Assembly (NCBI GenBank): GCA_020853395.1
Contig: JADYYY010000002.1
Span: forward strand, 20,609 to 84,608
Source: Acidobacteriota bacterium
Lineage (GTDB): Bacteria > Acidobacteriota > Vicinamibacteria > Vicinamibacterales > SCN-69-37
DNA: 64,000 nucleotides
Direction: 5' to 3'
The notes under the pieces are model-generated. The model did no database searches and was not told the DNA's origin. It saw only the letters and a list, made by a program, of their open reading frames with translations. Shown piece after piece: positions 14,663 through 24,109 of the stretch (position 1 is the first letter of the stretch; the number at the start of each line of letters is the position of its first letter). Both the position numbers and the translations under genes were made by a program.

Positions 14663-15112
14663 TCAAAAGCGGCGCCGGCTGTCGAGCAGGATCGTGACCG
14701 GGCCGTGGTTGACGAGATCGATCGTCATCTCGGCTCGAAAGCGTCCGGTCTCCACCCTCAGGCCCAGCTCGCGGAGCCGGCCGGACAGCGCCTCGTAGAC
14801 CTCGAGCGCGCGTTCGGGCGCTTCGGCGTCGTCGAACGCCGGCCGGCGTCCTTTCCGGACGTCGCCGAGCAGCGTGAATTGGGAAACCAGCAGCACGGCG
14901 CCGTTGACGTCGCGCACCGACCGGTTCATGCGCCCGTCGGCGTCGTGGAAGATCCGCATCTCGGCGATCTTGGACGCCGTGTACTCCAGATCGGCCGGGC
15001 CGTCGCCGGCCGCGACGCCCACGAACGCCAGCAGGCCGTGACCGATCGCGCCGACGACGTCGCCGTCGACGGCGACCGAGGCGCGAAGGACGCGCTGGAT
15101 GACGGCCCGCAC
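14663..15112 (-). CDS. dtd: D-aminoacyl-tRNA deacylase
   Basis: 149 aa. MRAVIQRV N-terminus and SQFTL motif. Confidence 0.93.
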   Translation of the reverse strand: MRAVIQRVLRASVAVDGDVVGAIGHGLLAFVGVAAGDGPADLEYTASKIAEMRIFHDADGRMNRSVRDVNGAVLLVSQFTLLGDVRKGRRPAFDDAEAPERALEVYEALSGRLRELGLRVETGRFRAEMTIDLVNHGPVTILLDSRRRF

Positions 15113-15121
15113 GCCGCTGAA

Positions 15122-15901
15122 TCAGGCTTGCACGAGCGTCTCTGCCGCCGGATGGAGCCGGCGGTCCAGCAGATGCCCGGGCACCACGTTGCCGAGCGCG
15201 GTGATCATCGAGTTCTTGATGTCGGGATGCTCGAGCTCGAGCTCGGCGATCAGCCGTTTGACGCGTTGCCGCTTCATGCTGAGATCGCCGCACGCCGGGC
15301 AGCAGCAGCCGATCACCGGCAATCCCACTTCCTGCGTGTAGGCACGCGCCTCGGCCTCGGTCACGTACACGAGCGGCCGGATCACGACGTGCCGCTTGGT
15401 GTCGGACACCAGCCGCGCCGGCATCGACTTCAGCGAGCCCTGGAAGAACAGGTTCAGGAGCGTCGTTTCGACGAAGTCGTCGAGATGGTGACCGAGCGCG
15501 ATCTTGGTCACGCCGAACGCGTCGGCCAGCCGATACAGCACGCCGCGCCGCAGCCGCGCGCAGAGCGAGCACGGCGTGTCGCCGTCGTCCAGGATGTCAT
15601 CCATGATGGCGCCGATCGTCGTGTGCTCGACGTGCACTTCCCAGCCGCGTGCGGCGCAGGCGGACGTGACGAGATCGTGACGGAAGTCGGCGTAGCCGGA
15701 GTTCACGTTCACCGCGACGAGCGAGAAGTCGATGGGGGCGCGCCGGCGGAGCACGTCCAGCATCTCCATCAGCGCCCAACTGTCCTTGCCGCCCGACAGG
15801 CCGACCATCACGCGGTCGCCGTCCTCGATCAGGCCGTGTTCGACGATGGCCCTCGTGACCTTCCTGGCCAGACGGGCTTCGAGTGGTGTTCTGTAGCTCA
15901 C
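15122..15901 (-). CDS. ttcA: tRNA 2-thiocytidine biosynthesis protein TtcA (PP-loop ATPase)
   Basis: 259 aa from GTG 15901. PP-loop SGGKDS and Fe-S cysteines CSLCARLRRG and CCCPACG. Confidence 0.85.
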   Translation of the reverse strand: MSYRTPLEARLARKVTRAIVEHGLIEDGDRVMVGLSGGKDSWALMEMLDVLRRRAPIDFSLVAVNVNSGYADFRHDLVTSACAARGWEVHVEHTTIGAIMDDILDDGDTPCSLCARLRRGVLYRLADAFGVTKIALGHHLDDFVETTLLNLFFQGSLKSMPARLVSDTKRHVVIRPLVYVTEAEARAYTQEVGLPVIGCCCPACGDLSMKRQRVKRLIAELELEHPDIKNSMITALGNVVPGHLLDRRLHPAAETLVQA

Positions 15902-15974
15902 GAGTGCGCTTCCAGACGTAGGATACACGGACCGGCGCGTCGGCGGGTCGCCGTCGGCCGGAAGGAGCGAGCCG

Positions 15975-16976
15975 ATGGTCCGAGTGGCCGGTGTGCTGTT
16001 GTCGTTGTTCCTGCTGTCCGTGCCGGCGTCCGCGCAGGTGACGGCGGTCTCGCAGGACGCGAGCCTCCAGACCTCGCTCGGCACGCTGTCGGGGACCTGG
16101 CTCGTGCCGAAGGTGGACGGGCGTTTGCCGATCGTGCTGCTGATCGCCGGGTCCGGCCCGACCGACCGCGACGGCAACAGCACCGCGCTGCCCGGCAAGA
16201 ACGACAGCCTCAAGATGCTGGCCGAGGCGCTCGCGGCGCGCGGCGTCGCAACGCTGCGCTACGACAAGCGCGGCATCGGCCGCAGCGCCACGCCCGGCCA
16301 GCGCGAAGCCGATCTGCGCTTCGAGGACTACGTCAACGACGCGGCGAATCTCGTGGACATCATCCGCGGCGACGATCGGTTCTCCAGCATCACGATCGCC
16401 GGCCACAGCGAAGGATCCCTCATCGGCATGCTGGCCGCGAAGATGTCCGAGGCCGAGGGCTTCGTCTCGATCTCCGGCCCGGCGCGCAACGCGGCCGCCA
16501 TCCTCCGCGACCAGCTCCGGCCGCAGCTCTCGCCCGTGCCGGCGCTCTGGGAGGCCACGCAGACGATGATCGCGTCGCTCGAACGAGGCGAGACGTTGGC
16601 GCCCCCCGCGGCGCTCGCGAGCGTCCCGCCGGTCGCGGGCCTGTTCCGGCCCAGCGTGCAGCCCTATCTGATCTCGTGGTTCCGGTTCACGCCGTCGCTC
16701 GAGATCGCGAAGCTGGACGTGCCGGTGCTCGTCATCCAGGGCACGACCGACATCCAGGTGCCGGTCGGCGAGGCCGAGGCGCTCAAGGCCGCGAAACCCG
16801 ATGCGACGCTGACGATCGTCACCGGCATGAACCACATCATGAAGTCCGTGGAGGCCGACCCGAACAGGCAGATCGCGTCGTACAGCGATCCGAGCCTGAA
16901 GATCGCCCCCGAGGTGCCGAACGCGATCGCGGCGTTCACCAGCACGGTGCCGGTGAGGCCGAGGCGCCGGCCATGA
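15975..16976 (+). CDS. Secreted alpha/beta hydrolase
   Basis: 333 aa. Sec signal (LLSVPASA|QV) and nucleophile elbow GHSEG. ATGA overlap with the next gene. Confidence 0.8.
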   Translation: MVRVAGVLLSLFLLSVPASAQVTAVSQDASLQTSLGTLSGTWLVPKVDGRLPIVLLIAGSGPTDRDGNSTALPGKNDSLKMLAEALAARGVATLRYDKRGIGRSATPGQREADLRFEDYVNDAANLVDIIRGDDRFSSITIAGHSEGSLIGMLAAKMSEAEGFVSISGPARNAAAILRDQLRPQLSPVPALWEATQTMIASLERGETLAPPAALASVPPVAGLFRPSVQPYLISWFRFTPSLEIAKLDVPVLVIQGTTDIQVPVGEAEALKAAKPDATLTIVTGMNHIMKSVEADPNRQIASYSDPSLKIAPEVPNAIAAFTSTVPVRPRRRP

Positions 16977-18139
16977 CCCGGCGCCAGCCGCCCGTGCCGA
17001 TTCGGCAGCGCGAGGTCACCGCGTCCCTCAGCCGCCGGTCGTTCCTCGCAGCCGCGGCCGGAAGCGTGACGGCAGCCGCGGCCGCCACCCGCACGCGCGC
17101 CGCCGCCGAACGGCGTCTTCTCTACGTCGCCGAACCCGGCATTCGCAACTACGTCTGGTACGGCGGCGTCGGCATCCTCGTCTACGACATCGACGAGGGA
17201 TATCAGCTCGTCAGGCGGATCCCGACCTGGACGGTGCCGGCCGGAGAGGATCCCGATAACGTCAAAGGGATCGCCGCGCACGCGAAGACCGGCCGGCTCT
17301 TCGTGACGACGATACGCCGGCTGTGTTGCATCGACCTGTCCACCGATGACGTGATCTGGGACGTGGCGCCCGAGGGTGGGTGCGATCGGCTGACCGTGTC
17401 GCCGGACGGGCGCGTCCTGTACGTGCCCTCGTTCGAAGGGCCGCACTGGAACGTCGTCGACGCCTCGAACGGCCGGACGATCAAGACCATCGTGATGAAC
17501 TCGCGCGCGCACAACACGCTCTACTCGCTCGATGGCTCACGCGTGTACCTGTCCGGCCTGGCATCACCGCATCTTTCGATCGCCGACGCGCGCACGCACA
17601 CGCTCGTCGGAGCCGTCGGCCCGTTCTCGCGATCCGTGCGGCCGTTCACCGTCAATGGCACGCAGACGCTCGCGTACGTCAACGTCAACGAGCTGCTCGG
17701 GTTCGAAGTCGGCGACATCCGCACGGGCACGATGCTGCACCGCGTCGAGGTGCAGGGCTATCGTCAGGGGCCGGTCGATCGGCACGGCTGTCCCAGCCAC
17801 GGGATCGGCCTGACGCCAGACGAGCGCGAGGTCTGGGTGTGCGACGGCCACAACAAGGCCGTGCACGTGTTCGACAACACGGTCATGCCGCCGCGCCAGA
17901 TCGCGACGCTGGCCGTTCGGGATCAGCCCGGCTGGATCACGTTCAGCCTCGACGGCCGGCACGCGTGGCCCTCGACCGGCGAGGTGTTCGACGTGCGATC
18001 GCGCACGCTCGTCGCGACGCTCGAGGACGAGGCAGGCCGGCAGATCGGCAGCGAGAAGCTGCTCGAGGTCGTCTTCAACGGCGCGTCGGCCGTGCGGGCC
18101 GGCGATCAGTTCGGGATCGGGCGGAAGACGTCGAGCTAG
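16973..18139 (+). CDS. Tat-signal beta-propeller protein (YncE / lactonase-type repeat)
   Basis: 388 aa from ATG 16973. Twin-arginine signal SRRSFLAAAAG and repeated blade starts (LYVAEPG, RLFVTT, RVLYVPS, RVYLSG, EVWVCDG). The first 865 aa of the track ORF 14378..18139 is shadow. Confidence 0.7.
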   Translation: MTRRQPPVPIRQREVTASLSRRSFLAAAAGSVTAAAAATRTRAAAERRLLYVAEPGIRNYVWYGGVGILVYDIDEGYQLVRRIPTWTVPAGEDPDNVKGIAAHAKTGRLFVTTIRRLCCIDLSTDDVIWDVAPEGGCDRLTVSPDGRVLYVPSFEGPHWNVVDASNGRTIKTIVMNSRAHNTLYSLDGSRVYLSGLASPHLSIADARTHTLVGAVGPFSRSVRPFTVNGTQTLAYVNVNELLGFEVGDIRTGTMLHRVEVQGYRQGPVDRHGCPSHGIGLTPDEREVWVCDGHNKAVHVFDNTVMPPRQIATLAVRDQPGWITFSLDGRHAWPSTGEVFDVRSRTLVATLEDEAGRQIGSEKLLEVVFNGASAVRAGDQFGIGRKTSS

Positions 18140-18212
18140 CGAGCAGCAGTCGCGAATCGCGCGCGAGACGCAGGGGTGACGGACTCACAACCCGGCACTG
18201 ACGACCCCGCAC

Positions 18213-19280
18213 TCACAGCGCGGCATTCGGCCCAGCCTCGTTCTTCATCAGTTCGTCCACTGTCGCCTGCCAGGTGAGCGGGCGCACCCGCTCGAGCGCG
18301 GCGGTGCCCATGCGGACAGCGTCCGACGGGCTCTCCATAATCTGCGCCAGCGCACCGGCAAGGGCCTCGGGCGTCGGTTCGACGACGAACCCGGTGTCGC
18401 CGTGGCGGACGAACTCGAGCGGCCCGCCGCTGTCGGTCGTCGTGATGACCGGCTTCGCGCTCGCGAACGCCTCGACGGTCACGAACCCGTAGTCTTCGTC
18501 CTTCGGGACGAACACCACCGCGCGGCAGCGCGCGAGGTGATCGACGAGGATGTCTTCGTCGAGTCGCCCGGTGAACGTCACGCGTTCGCCGAGGCCAAGG
18601 TCGCGCGCGAGCGTCCGCAACCGCTCGAGGTCGTCGCCGTCGCCGCCAATCACGCAGCGGATCGCCGAAGCCTCCGGCCGTGCCAGCGCCTGCAGCAGCA
18701 GATCGGCCCGCTTCAGCGGCGTCAGCCGGGACGTGAAGAACAGGTAGTCGCCGTAACGATCCGTGCGGTAGGGGCGCTGTGGCGGCGGCGGGTGCAGCAC
18801 GTCCGCCCGAAGCCCGTGGAAGCGCGCGAGCCTCGCCTGAATCGTCGCCGACTGCGCCAGCAGCCGCGTGACGTGGTGCCGGAGCAGATATGTATCCGTT
18901 GCGCGGATCAACGCCCGGCGCACGCCCTCTTTGATCCGGCCCTGCGGTGAGAGGCGCGACGAGAACTGATCCCAGAGGTCGTAGTACTCGCGCATCGTGT
19001 GGTTGAGCCACGAGACGTGGGCTGGATGCCGCACGGCGAAGCTCGGGAACCGCAGGCTGATCACGCGGTCGACGCGCCGGCCATCGCCCGTCTGTCCGAC
19101 ATCGGTCAGCCAGTTCGCCAGGTAGGCGGCGCCCTGCCGGCCGAAGCGATTCGACGGGGTCGTGACGATCGCCGCGTCGTGGCCGCACTCGGTCATGGCG
19201 CGCACGAGCGCGCGGGCGATCACGAGATGGCCGCCTTCGACGAGTGGCGGCGCAGAGGTGACCACGAGGACGGTCGCCAC
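18213..19280 (-). CDS. Glycosyltransferase family 4 (GT-B, group 1)
   Basis: 355 aa from GTG 19280. C-terminal EX7E region GFVTVEAFASAKPVITTTDSGGPLEFV. Confidence 0.85.
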   Translation of the reverse strand: MATVLVVTSAPPLVEGGHLVIARALVRAMTECGHDAAIVTTPSNRFGRQGAAYLANWLTDVGQTGDGRRVDRVISLRFPSFAVRHPAHVSWLNHTMREYYDLWDQFSSRLSPQGRIKEGVRRALIRATDTYLLRHHVTRLLAQSATIQARLARFHGLRADVLHPPPPQRPYRTDRYGDYLFFTSRLTPLKRADLLLQALARPEASAIRCVIGGDGDDLERLRTLARDLGLGERVTFTGRLDEDILVDHLARCRAVVFVPKDEDYGFVTVEAFASAKPVITTTDSGGPLEFVRHGDTGFVVEPTPEALAGALAQIMESPSDAVRMGTAALERVRPLTWQATVDELMKNEAGPNAAL

Positions 19281-19281
19281 G

Positions 19282-20079
19282 CTACGCTGGTCCCTGCGTA
19301 TCGCCGGCCGCAACGCCCTGCGCGGATCGCGCGCCGACGAGCCGTGCCGGCACGCCGACGGCGGTGGCCTCGGCCGGCACCGACTCGCGCACGACCGCTC
19401 CGGCGCCCACCACGGCACGCTCGCCGATCGCCACACCGTCCAGCAGAATCGCGCCGGCGCCGATCCACGCGCCGGCGCCGATCGTCACGCCCGCCGACCG
19501 GCGTCCCTGCTCGAGGACGGCCGTCTGCCGGCCGGCGACATCGTGATCGCCGCCGACGACGTACACGTATGCGGCGACGAGCGCGTCGCGGCCGATCGTC
19601 ACGCGGCTCGCCGAGAAGACCTCGCAGTTGAACCCGATGTTCGCGCCATCGCCGAGCTCGATGTCGCCGTTCTTGCAGGAGAGGATCGTGTTCCGGCCAA
19701 CGAAGACGCGGCTGCCGATCGTGATGCCCTGGTTCGCGTCCCCCTTGGCGTCGAGCAGGCAGTGGTCGTCGATGACCACGTCGTCGCCGATCGCGATCTT
19801 GTGCGGGTGCCGGAGCACGACGTTCTGCCCGAACACCACGTTGCGGCCGCAGCGGCCGAGCAGCCATGGATAGCAGAGACGCCGCAGCGCGAGCCCGAGC
19901 GCTCCCGGGACCGCCTGCGTGCCCAGCGCGACGAGCTCGTGCAGCACGAGCGCGCCGAGGCTCGCCCGGCCGACGACGAGCGCGCGATATTTCGCGATGG
20001 CACCGCCGCGCGCGGCGAAGAGCTGGTCCTGCGCGCGCGGGATCACGCGGCCGCCGGCGTCAGATCCATTGGTGGGCAC
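19282..20079 (-). CDS. Hexapeptide-repeat (left-handed beta-helix) acyl/acetyltransferase
   Basis: 265 aa. Repeats IGDDVVI, IGSRVFV, LGDGANI and IGAGAWIGAGAIL. Confidence 0.85.
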   Translation of the reverse strand: MPTNGSDAGGRVIPRAQDQLFAARGGAIAKYRALVVGRASLGALVLHELVALGTQAVPGALGLALRRLCYPWLLGRCGRNVVFGQNVVLRHPHKIAIGDDVVIDDHCLLDAKGDANQGITIGSRVFVGRNTILSCKNGDIELGDGANIGFNCEVFSASRVTIGRDALVAAYVYVVGGDHDVAGRQTAVLEQGRRSAGVTIGAGAWIGAGAILLDGVAIGERAVVGAGAVVRESVPAEATAVGVPARLVGARSAQGVAAGDTQGPA

Positions 20080-21040
20080 GGTACCACTCCAGCGTGCGGC
20101 GGATGCCGGTCTCGACGTCGACCTGCGGATCGAAGCCCAGCTCCTGCCGCGCTCGCGAGATGTCGAACGATCGGCTCTTGCGGAAGAAGTCTACACGCCG
20201 GCGGTAGAGCGGAGGCTGCAGGCCGAACGGCGCGGCGATCGCTTCGCAGGCGGCGCCGGCCAGCCACACCGGCCACACCGGCACGCGCCACCGCGGCGGG
20301 CGGCGCCCGGCGACGCGCGCCGTGATGTCGACGATCTCCCGGAGCGTCGTCACGCGAGGGCCGCCGAGGATGTAGGTCCGCCCTGCGGCGGCCGCCACCG
20401 TTCCACACAGGCGAAACCCCTCGCACAGATCGTCGATGTAGGTCAGGTGGTAGTAGTTCTGGCCGTTGCCGAGCAGCACGAACCGCCCGCGGGCAATCGC
20501 GCCGAACATCTTGAGCAGCCGCCGGTCCCCGGGCCCGTAGATGCCCGTCGGCCTCACGATCACGAGCTCGATCCCCGTCCGCTTCGCGGCCTCGCGTGCC
20601 AGGCGCTCGCCGAGCAGCTTCGTCTCCTGGTAGACGTCGCCCGGCCTCAGCGGCGCATCTTCGTTGGCGGGCGGATGCTCGACGTCTCCATGAACGCCGA
20701 CCGTGCTGCAGTGGACGACGCGCCGCACGCCGGCTCGGACGGCCGCGTCGATCACGGCGGCGACCGCGTCGGCATTGACCGCCTTGTACGTCGAGGACGG
20801 AAGGCCTGCCGTCCGGAACAGCGCGGCCACGTGGTAGACGACGTCGATCCCGTGCATGGCGCGATCGAGGGAGGGCGAATCCAGCAGGTCGCCTTCGACG
20901 ATCTCGACGCCGGCGCCGTCGAGCGGGGCGCGCGAGGAGGTCGGCCGCACGAAGGCGCGCACCTGGTCCCGCTGCTGGTGCAGGTACCGCGCGAGATGGC
21001 TGCCGGTGAACCCGGATGCGCCTGTGACCAGGACGTTCAT
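20060..21040 (-). CDS. NAD-dependent sugar epimerase/dehydratase (SDR)
   Basis: 326 aa from ATG 21040. Rossmann motif GASGFTGSHL and catalytic YQETK (YxxxK). Confidence 0.88.
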   Translation of the reverse strand: MNVLVTGASGFTGSHLARYLHQQRDQVRAFVRPTSSRAPLDGAGVEIVEGDLLDSPSLDRAMHGIDVVYHVAALFRTAGLPSSTYKAVNADAVAAVIDAAVRAGVRRVVHCSTVGVHGDVEHPPANEDAPLRPGDVYQETKLLGERLAREAAKRTGIELVIVRPTGIYGPGDRRLLKMFGAIARGRFVLLGNGQNYYHLTYIDDLCEGFRLCGTVAAAAGRTYILGGPRVTTLREIVDITARVAGRRPPRWRVPVWPVWLAGAACEAIAAPFGLQPPLYRRRVDFFRKSRSFDISRARQELGFDPQVDVETGIRRTLEWYRAHQWI

Positions 21041-21801
21041 CGTTCGGCGACGAGCGTGACGGGCGATCCCAGCACGCGCGTCAGGCCCGCGGCCGCCAGC
21101 GCGCGTTCGCTCGCGCGCGTGAACGCCGGCGCGCCGATCGCCTTGTGCATCGCGATCGGCAGCACGAACAGGCGATGCACGCCGATCGTCCGGAAGCCGT
21201 GGCGCGCGAACGCGTCGCGCACGGCGCGCTCTCGGATGACGCGGTAGGGCTCGACGCGGCGGCCGAGCCCGTGCGCCGCCCGCCGGGCCGCGCTTTCGAT
21301 GGCCGCGGCGCTGAGCAACGCCGGAAAGTCGACCATCACGCGCCAACGCGCCACGCGGCACAGCTCCGCAACGCAGCGCCGCCAGTCGACGGCGTGCATC
21401 AGCACGCGCAGGCACACCGCCCCGTCGACGCTGCGATCCGCCAGCGGCAGATCGTGGGCGTCGGCAAGGCCGAGCTCCAGCGTGGCGCCGGCGGCCGCCG
21501 CCGCGCGCCGCGCGACGGCGATCATCTGCGGCGAGGCGTCGAGACCCAGCACGTCCGCGCCCTCGCGCGCGAGCGCGATCGAGGCGCGGCCCGTGCCCGT
21601 GCCGACGTCCAAGAGGCGACGACCGGCCACGGGCGCGAACGCCTCGAGGATCTGCCGCTCCTGCGTCTCGAGCAGATGCCGTCCGATCGGACCGCCGAAG
21701 CGCAGCGCGTCGAAGCCCTCGGCGACGGCAGGGTCGACGTAGTGGGTGTAGCTGTAGTGGCGACGTTCGGCGGCGCCCGTCGGCCGCGACTCCACGCTCA
21801 C
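21037..21801 (-). CDS. Class I SAM-dependent methyltransferase
   Basis: 254 aa from GTG 21801. SAM motif LLDVGTGTGR. Overlaps both neighbours by 4 nt. Confidence 0.8.
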   Translation of the reverse strand: MSVESRPTGAAERRHYSYTHYVDPAVAEGFDALRFGGPIGRHLLETQERQILEAFAPVAGRRLLDVGTGTGRASIALAREGADVLGLDASPQMIAVARRAAAAAGATLELGLADAHDLPLADRSVDGAVCLRVLMHAVDWRRCVAELCRVARWRVMVDFPALLSAAAIESAARRAAHGLGRRVEPYRVIRERAVRDAFARHGFRTIGVHRLFVLPIAMHKAIGAPAFTRASERALAAAGLTRVLGSPVTLVAER

Positions 21802-22997
21802 GCGACGCTCCGGCCGACCTCGGACGCGGGCGCGTCGAAGAGCAGGTCCAGCGCGTGGCGCGTCTTGGCGACGTACGCTTCGTCGTTGTAGCGGGCGTCG
21901 GCCACGCGGCGCGCTTCCTCGCCGATGCGCCGCGCGCGATCGGGATCGCTCAGCGCCGCCAGCATCGCGCCGGCGTAGCCCGATGGCGTCGCGTCGCCGA
22001 GAAACGCGATTTCGGGCGAGAGCACCTGCGTGTGCGTCCGCAGGTTCGTCGCGACGATGGGGCGGCCCGACCGCAGGTATTGGTAGATCTTGAGCGGCGT
22101 GTTGGTGCCGGTCGAGCGCGGCGACACGAGAATCGTCGCCGCGTCGAGGTACGCCGGGATGTCGTCGGCCGGCCGCTGCCCGGTCAGGATGACGTAGGGG
22201 GTCAGGCCCGCGGCGTGTACCTGCCGGCGCACCGTGGCGACTTGCCTTTCGTCTCCGCCGACGAGCACCAGCCGCGCGTCGGGACGGGTCTCGACGAGGA
22301 TCGCCATCGCCTCGAAGAGCAGGTCGAGGCCCTGGTAGGCCTCGAACGTTCCCGTGTACAGCGCGACCGGCGCGTCGGCGGCGAGGCCGAGGGCCGCCCG
22401 GATGCGCGCGCCGGTGCCGGCGGTGGGCATCGTGCCCGAACCGGGCGCGTTCTCGATCAGCACCGTCGGCACGTCCGGCCGGATCCCGTGCACCGTCGTG
22501 CGCAGGTCCTCGCAGATCACGATCACGACGCGCGATCGGGCGACCATGAGTCGCTCGAGCCAGCCGAGCAGATGCGACAGGCCCGGCACGCCGCGCACAC
22601 CGAAGTTCTTCACCTGCTGCGGCAGGCTCGAGTGCATGTCGTACAGATGCGGGATGCGAAGCATTGCCGCCAGGATCACGCCGATGCCGCCGCCTTCTTC
22701 GTGCGAGTGGACGGCGTCGTACTTCCCCGTCATCGCGAGCCGGACGGCCGTGAGCGTCAGCGACAGATTGAGCGGCACCTTGGCCCAGGAGGGGCCGATC
22801 TTGACGCGCGAGACGAACGGCGGCCGCGCGCAGCGGTGGATCCGCAGGCCGGGCAGATCCACGTCGCGGCCGAACGGATACGTCACGAGGTCGACCGTGT
22901 GGCCGAGCGACGTCAACGCGCGGATGCGATGGAACTCTGAGAAGGGGGTTCCCCGGGGCTCGAAGAACGGCTCCGGTGCGATCATCAGGATGTGCAT
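21798..22997 (-). CDS. Glycosyltransferase family 4
   Basis: 399 aa. MHILMIAPEPFFEPRGTP N-terminus and the overall layout are typical of GT4 (GT-B). Confidence 0.88.
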   Translation of the reverse strand: MHILMIAPEPFFEPRGTPFSEFHRIRALTSLGHTVDLVTYPFGRDVDLPGLRIHRCARPPFVSRVKIGPSWAKVPLNLSLTLTAVRLAMTGKYDAVHSHEEGGGIGVILAAMLRIPHLYDMHSSLPQQVKNFGVRGVPGLSHLLGWLERLMVARSRVVIVICEDLRTTVHGIRPDVPTVLIENAPGSGTMPTAGTGARIRAALGLAADAPVALYTGTFEAYQGLDLLFEAMAILVETRPDARLVLVGGDERQVATVRRQVHAAGLTPYVILTGQRPADDIPAYLDAATILVSPRSTGTNTPLKIYQYLRSGRPIVATNLRTHTQVLSPEIAFLGDATPSGYAGAMLAALSDPDRARRIGEEARRVADARYNDEAYVAKTRHALDLLFDAPASEVGRSVA

Positions 22998-23083
22998 GGC
23001 CGGGCCGCCCGCCCTCGCGGTCAGGCGCGCCGGCTAATGGTACACTACGCCGCCCGACACGACTACGGCGCGTCGCGGCGTGC

Positions 23084-24088
23084 ATGACCGACTCGGCCTC
23101 GTCCGCTCCTCCCCGCCACGCCCGACGGCACGCGCTGATCTGGACGCTGAAGATTCTCGTCAGCGGCGGCTTGCTGTACTGGTTGTTCAGCACGGTCGAC
23201 GCGCGCGAGGTCTGGCAGCTCGTCCGCACGGCGTCCGGCGTCTGGCTCGCCGCGGCGCTCGCCCTCTACGGCGCCATGGTCCTGCTGAGCGCGTGGCGAT
23301 GGGACCTGCTGCTCTCGGCGCAGGGCGTGGATCTGCCGTTCGGCTCGCTCTTCAGCTCGTTTCTCGTCGCGACGTTCTTCAACAACTTCCTGCCGTCGAA
23401 CATCGGCGGCGACGTGGTGCGCATTCGCGACACCGCCCGCGCGGCGGGATCGAAGACGCTGGCCACGACGATCATCCTGCTCGACCGCGGCCTCGGCCTG
23501 CTCGGCCTCGTGTTCGTCTCGGCCTGCGGCGCCACCATCGCGGCCGCGCGCAGCGAGGCGCTCGGACCGCTGGGCCCGGGTCTGCTCTGGCTCGCCTTCG
23601 CCGGCGGCCTCGCGGCGACCGTCGTGGCGGTCGTCGCGCCACGCACCATCAGCATGGCCCTTCGTCCGCTCGAGGTCGTCCACCAGGCGTGGGTCAGCGA
23701 ACGGGTCGAACGGCTGACGGCGGCGCTGAGCCGATTCCGCGCCGCGCCACGCGCGCTCGTGCAGTGCTTCGTCGGCGCCATCGGCGTCCAGGCGCTCATC
23801 GTTGCCTTCTACGCGGCCATCGCGCGGGCGCTCGGCATCGCGATACCTTCCGCGCATCTCGCGATCCTCGTGCCGATCTCGTTCATCGTGCAGATGCTGC
23901 CGGTGTCGGTGAACGGCTTCGGCGTACGCGAGAAGACCTTCGTCGAGTACTTCGCCGCGCTGCACCTGCCCACGGCTGGCGCGCTCGCGCTCTCGCTGAC
24001 GGGCGCGGCGATGATGATGGTGTTCTCGGTCAGCGGCGCCGTGGCCTACGTGACGCGTCCGCACGCCAGCGAGGTCGGATCGTCCTGA
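23084..24088 (+). CDS. UPF0104 / lysylphosphatidylglycerol-synthase-TM-region family membrane protein (flippase-like)
   Basis: 334 aa from ATG 23084. About 8 TM helices. Family hallmarks FNNFLPSNIGGDVVRI and LPVSVNGFGVRE. Confidence 0.75.
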   Translation: MTDSASSAPPRHARRHALIWTLKILVSGGLLYWLFSTVDAREVWQLVRTASGVWLAAALALYGAMVLLSAWRWDLLLSAQGVDLPFGSLFSSFLVATFFNNFLPSNIGGDVVRIRDTARAAGSKTLATTIILLDRGLGLLGLVFVSACGATIAAARSEALGPLGPGLLWLAFAGGLAATVVAVVAPRTISMALRPLEVVHQAWVSERVERLTAALSRFRAAPRALVQCFVGAIGVQALIVAFYAAIARALGIAIPSAHLAILVPISFIVQMLPVSVNGFGVREKTFVEYFAALHLPTAGALALSLTGAAMMMVFSVSGAVAYVTRPHASEVGSS

Positions 24089-24109
24089 TCGGCCGCCGGC
24101 GTCATCCCC

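Noticed and set aside
14378-16972. The N-terminal 865 aa of track ORF 14378-18139.
   Set aside because: This stretch overlaps dtd and ttcA (minus strand) and the alpha/beta hydrolase frame. Only the last 388 aa, from ATG 16973 with a Tat signal, look like a real protein.
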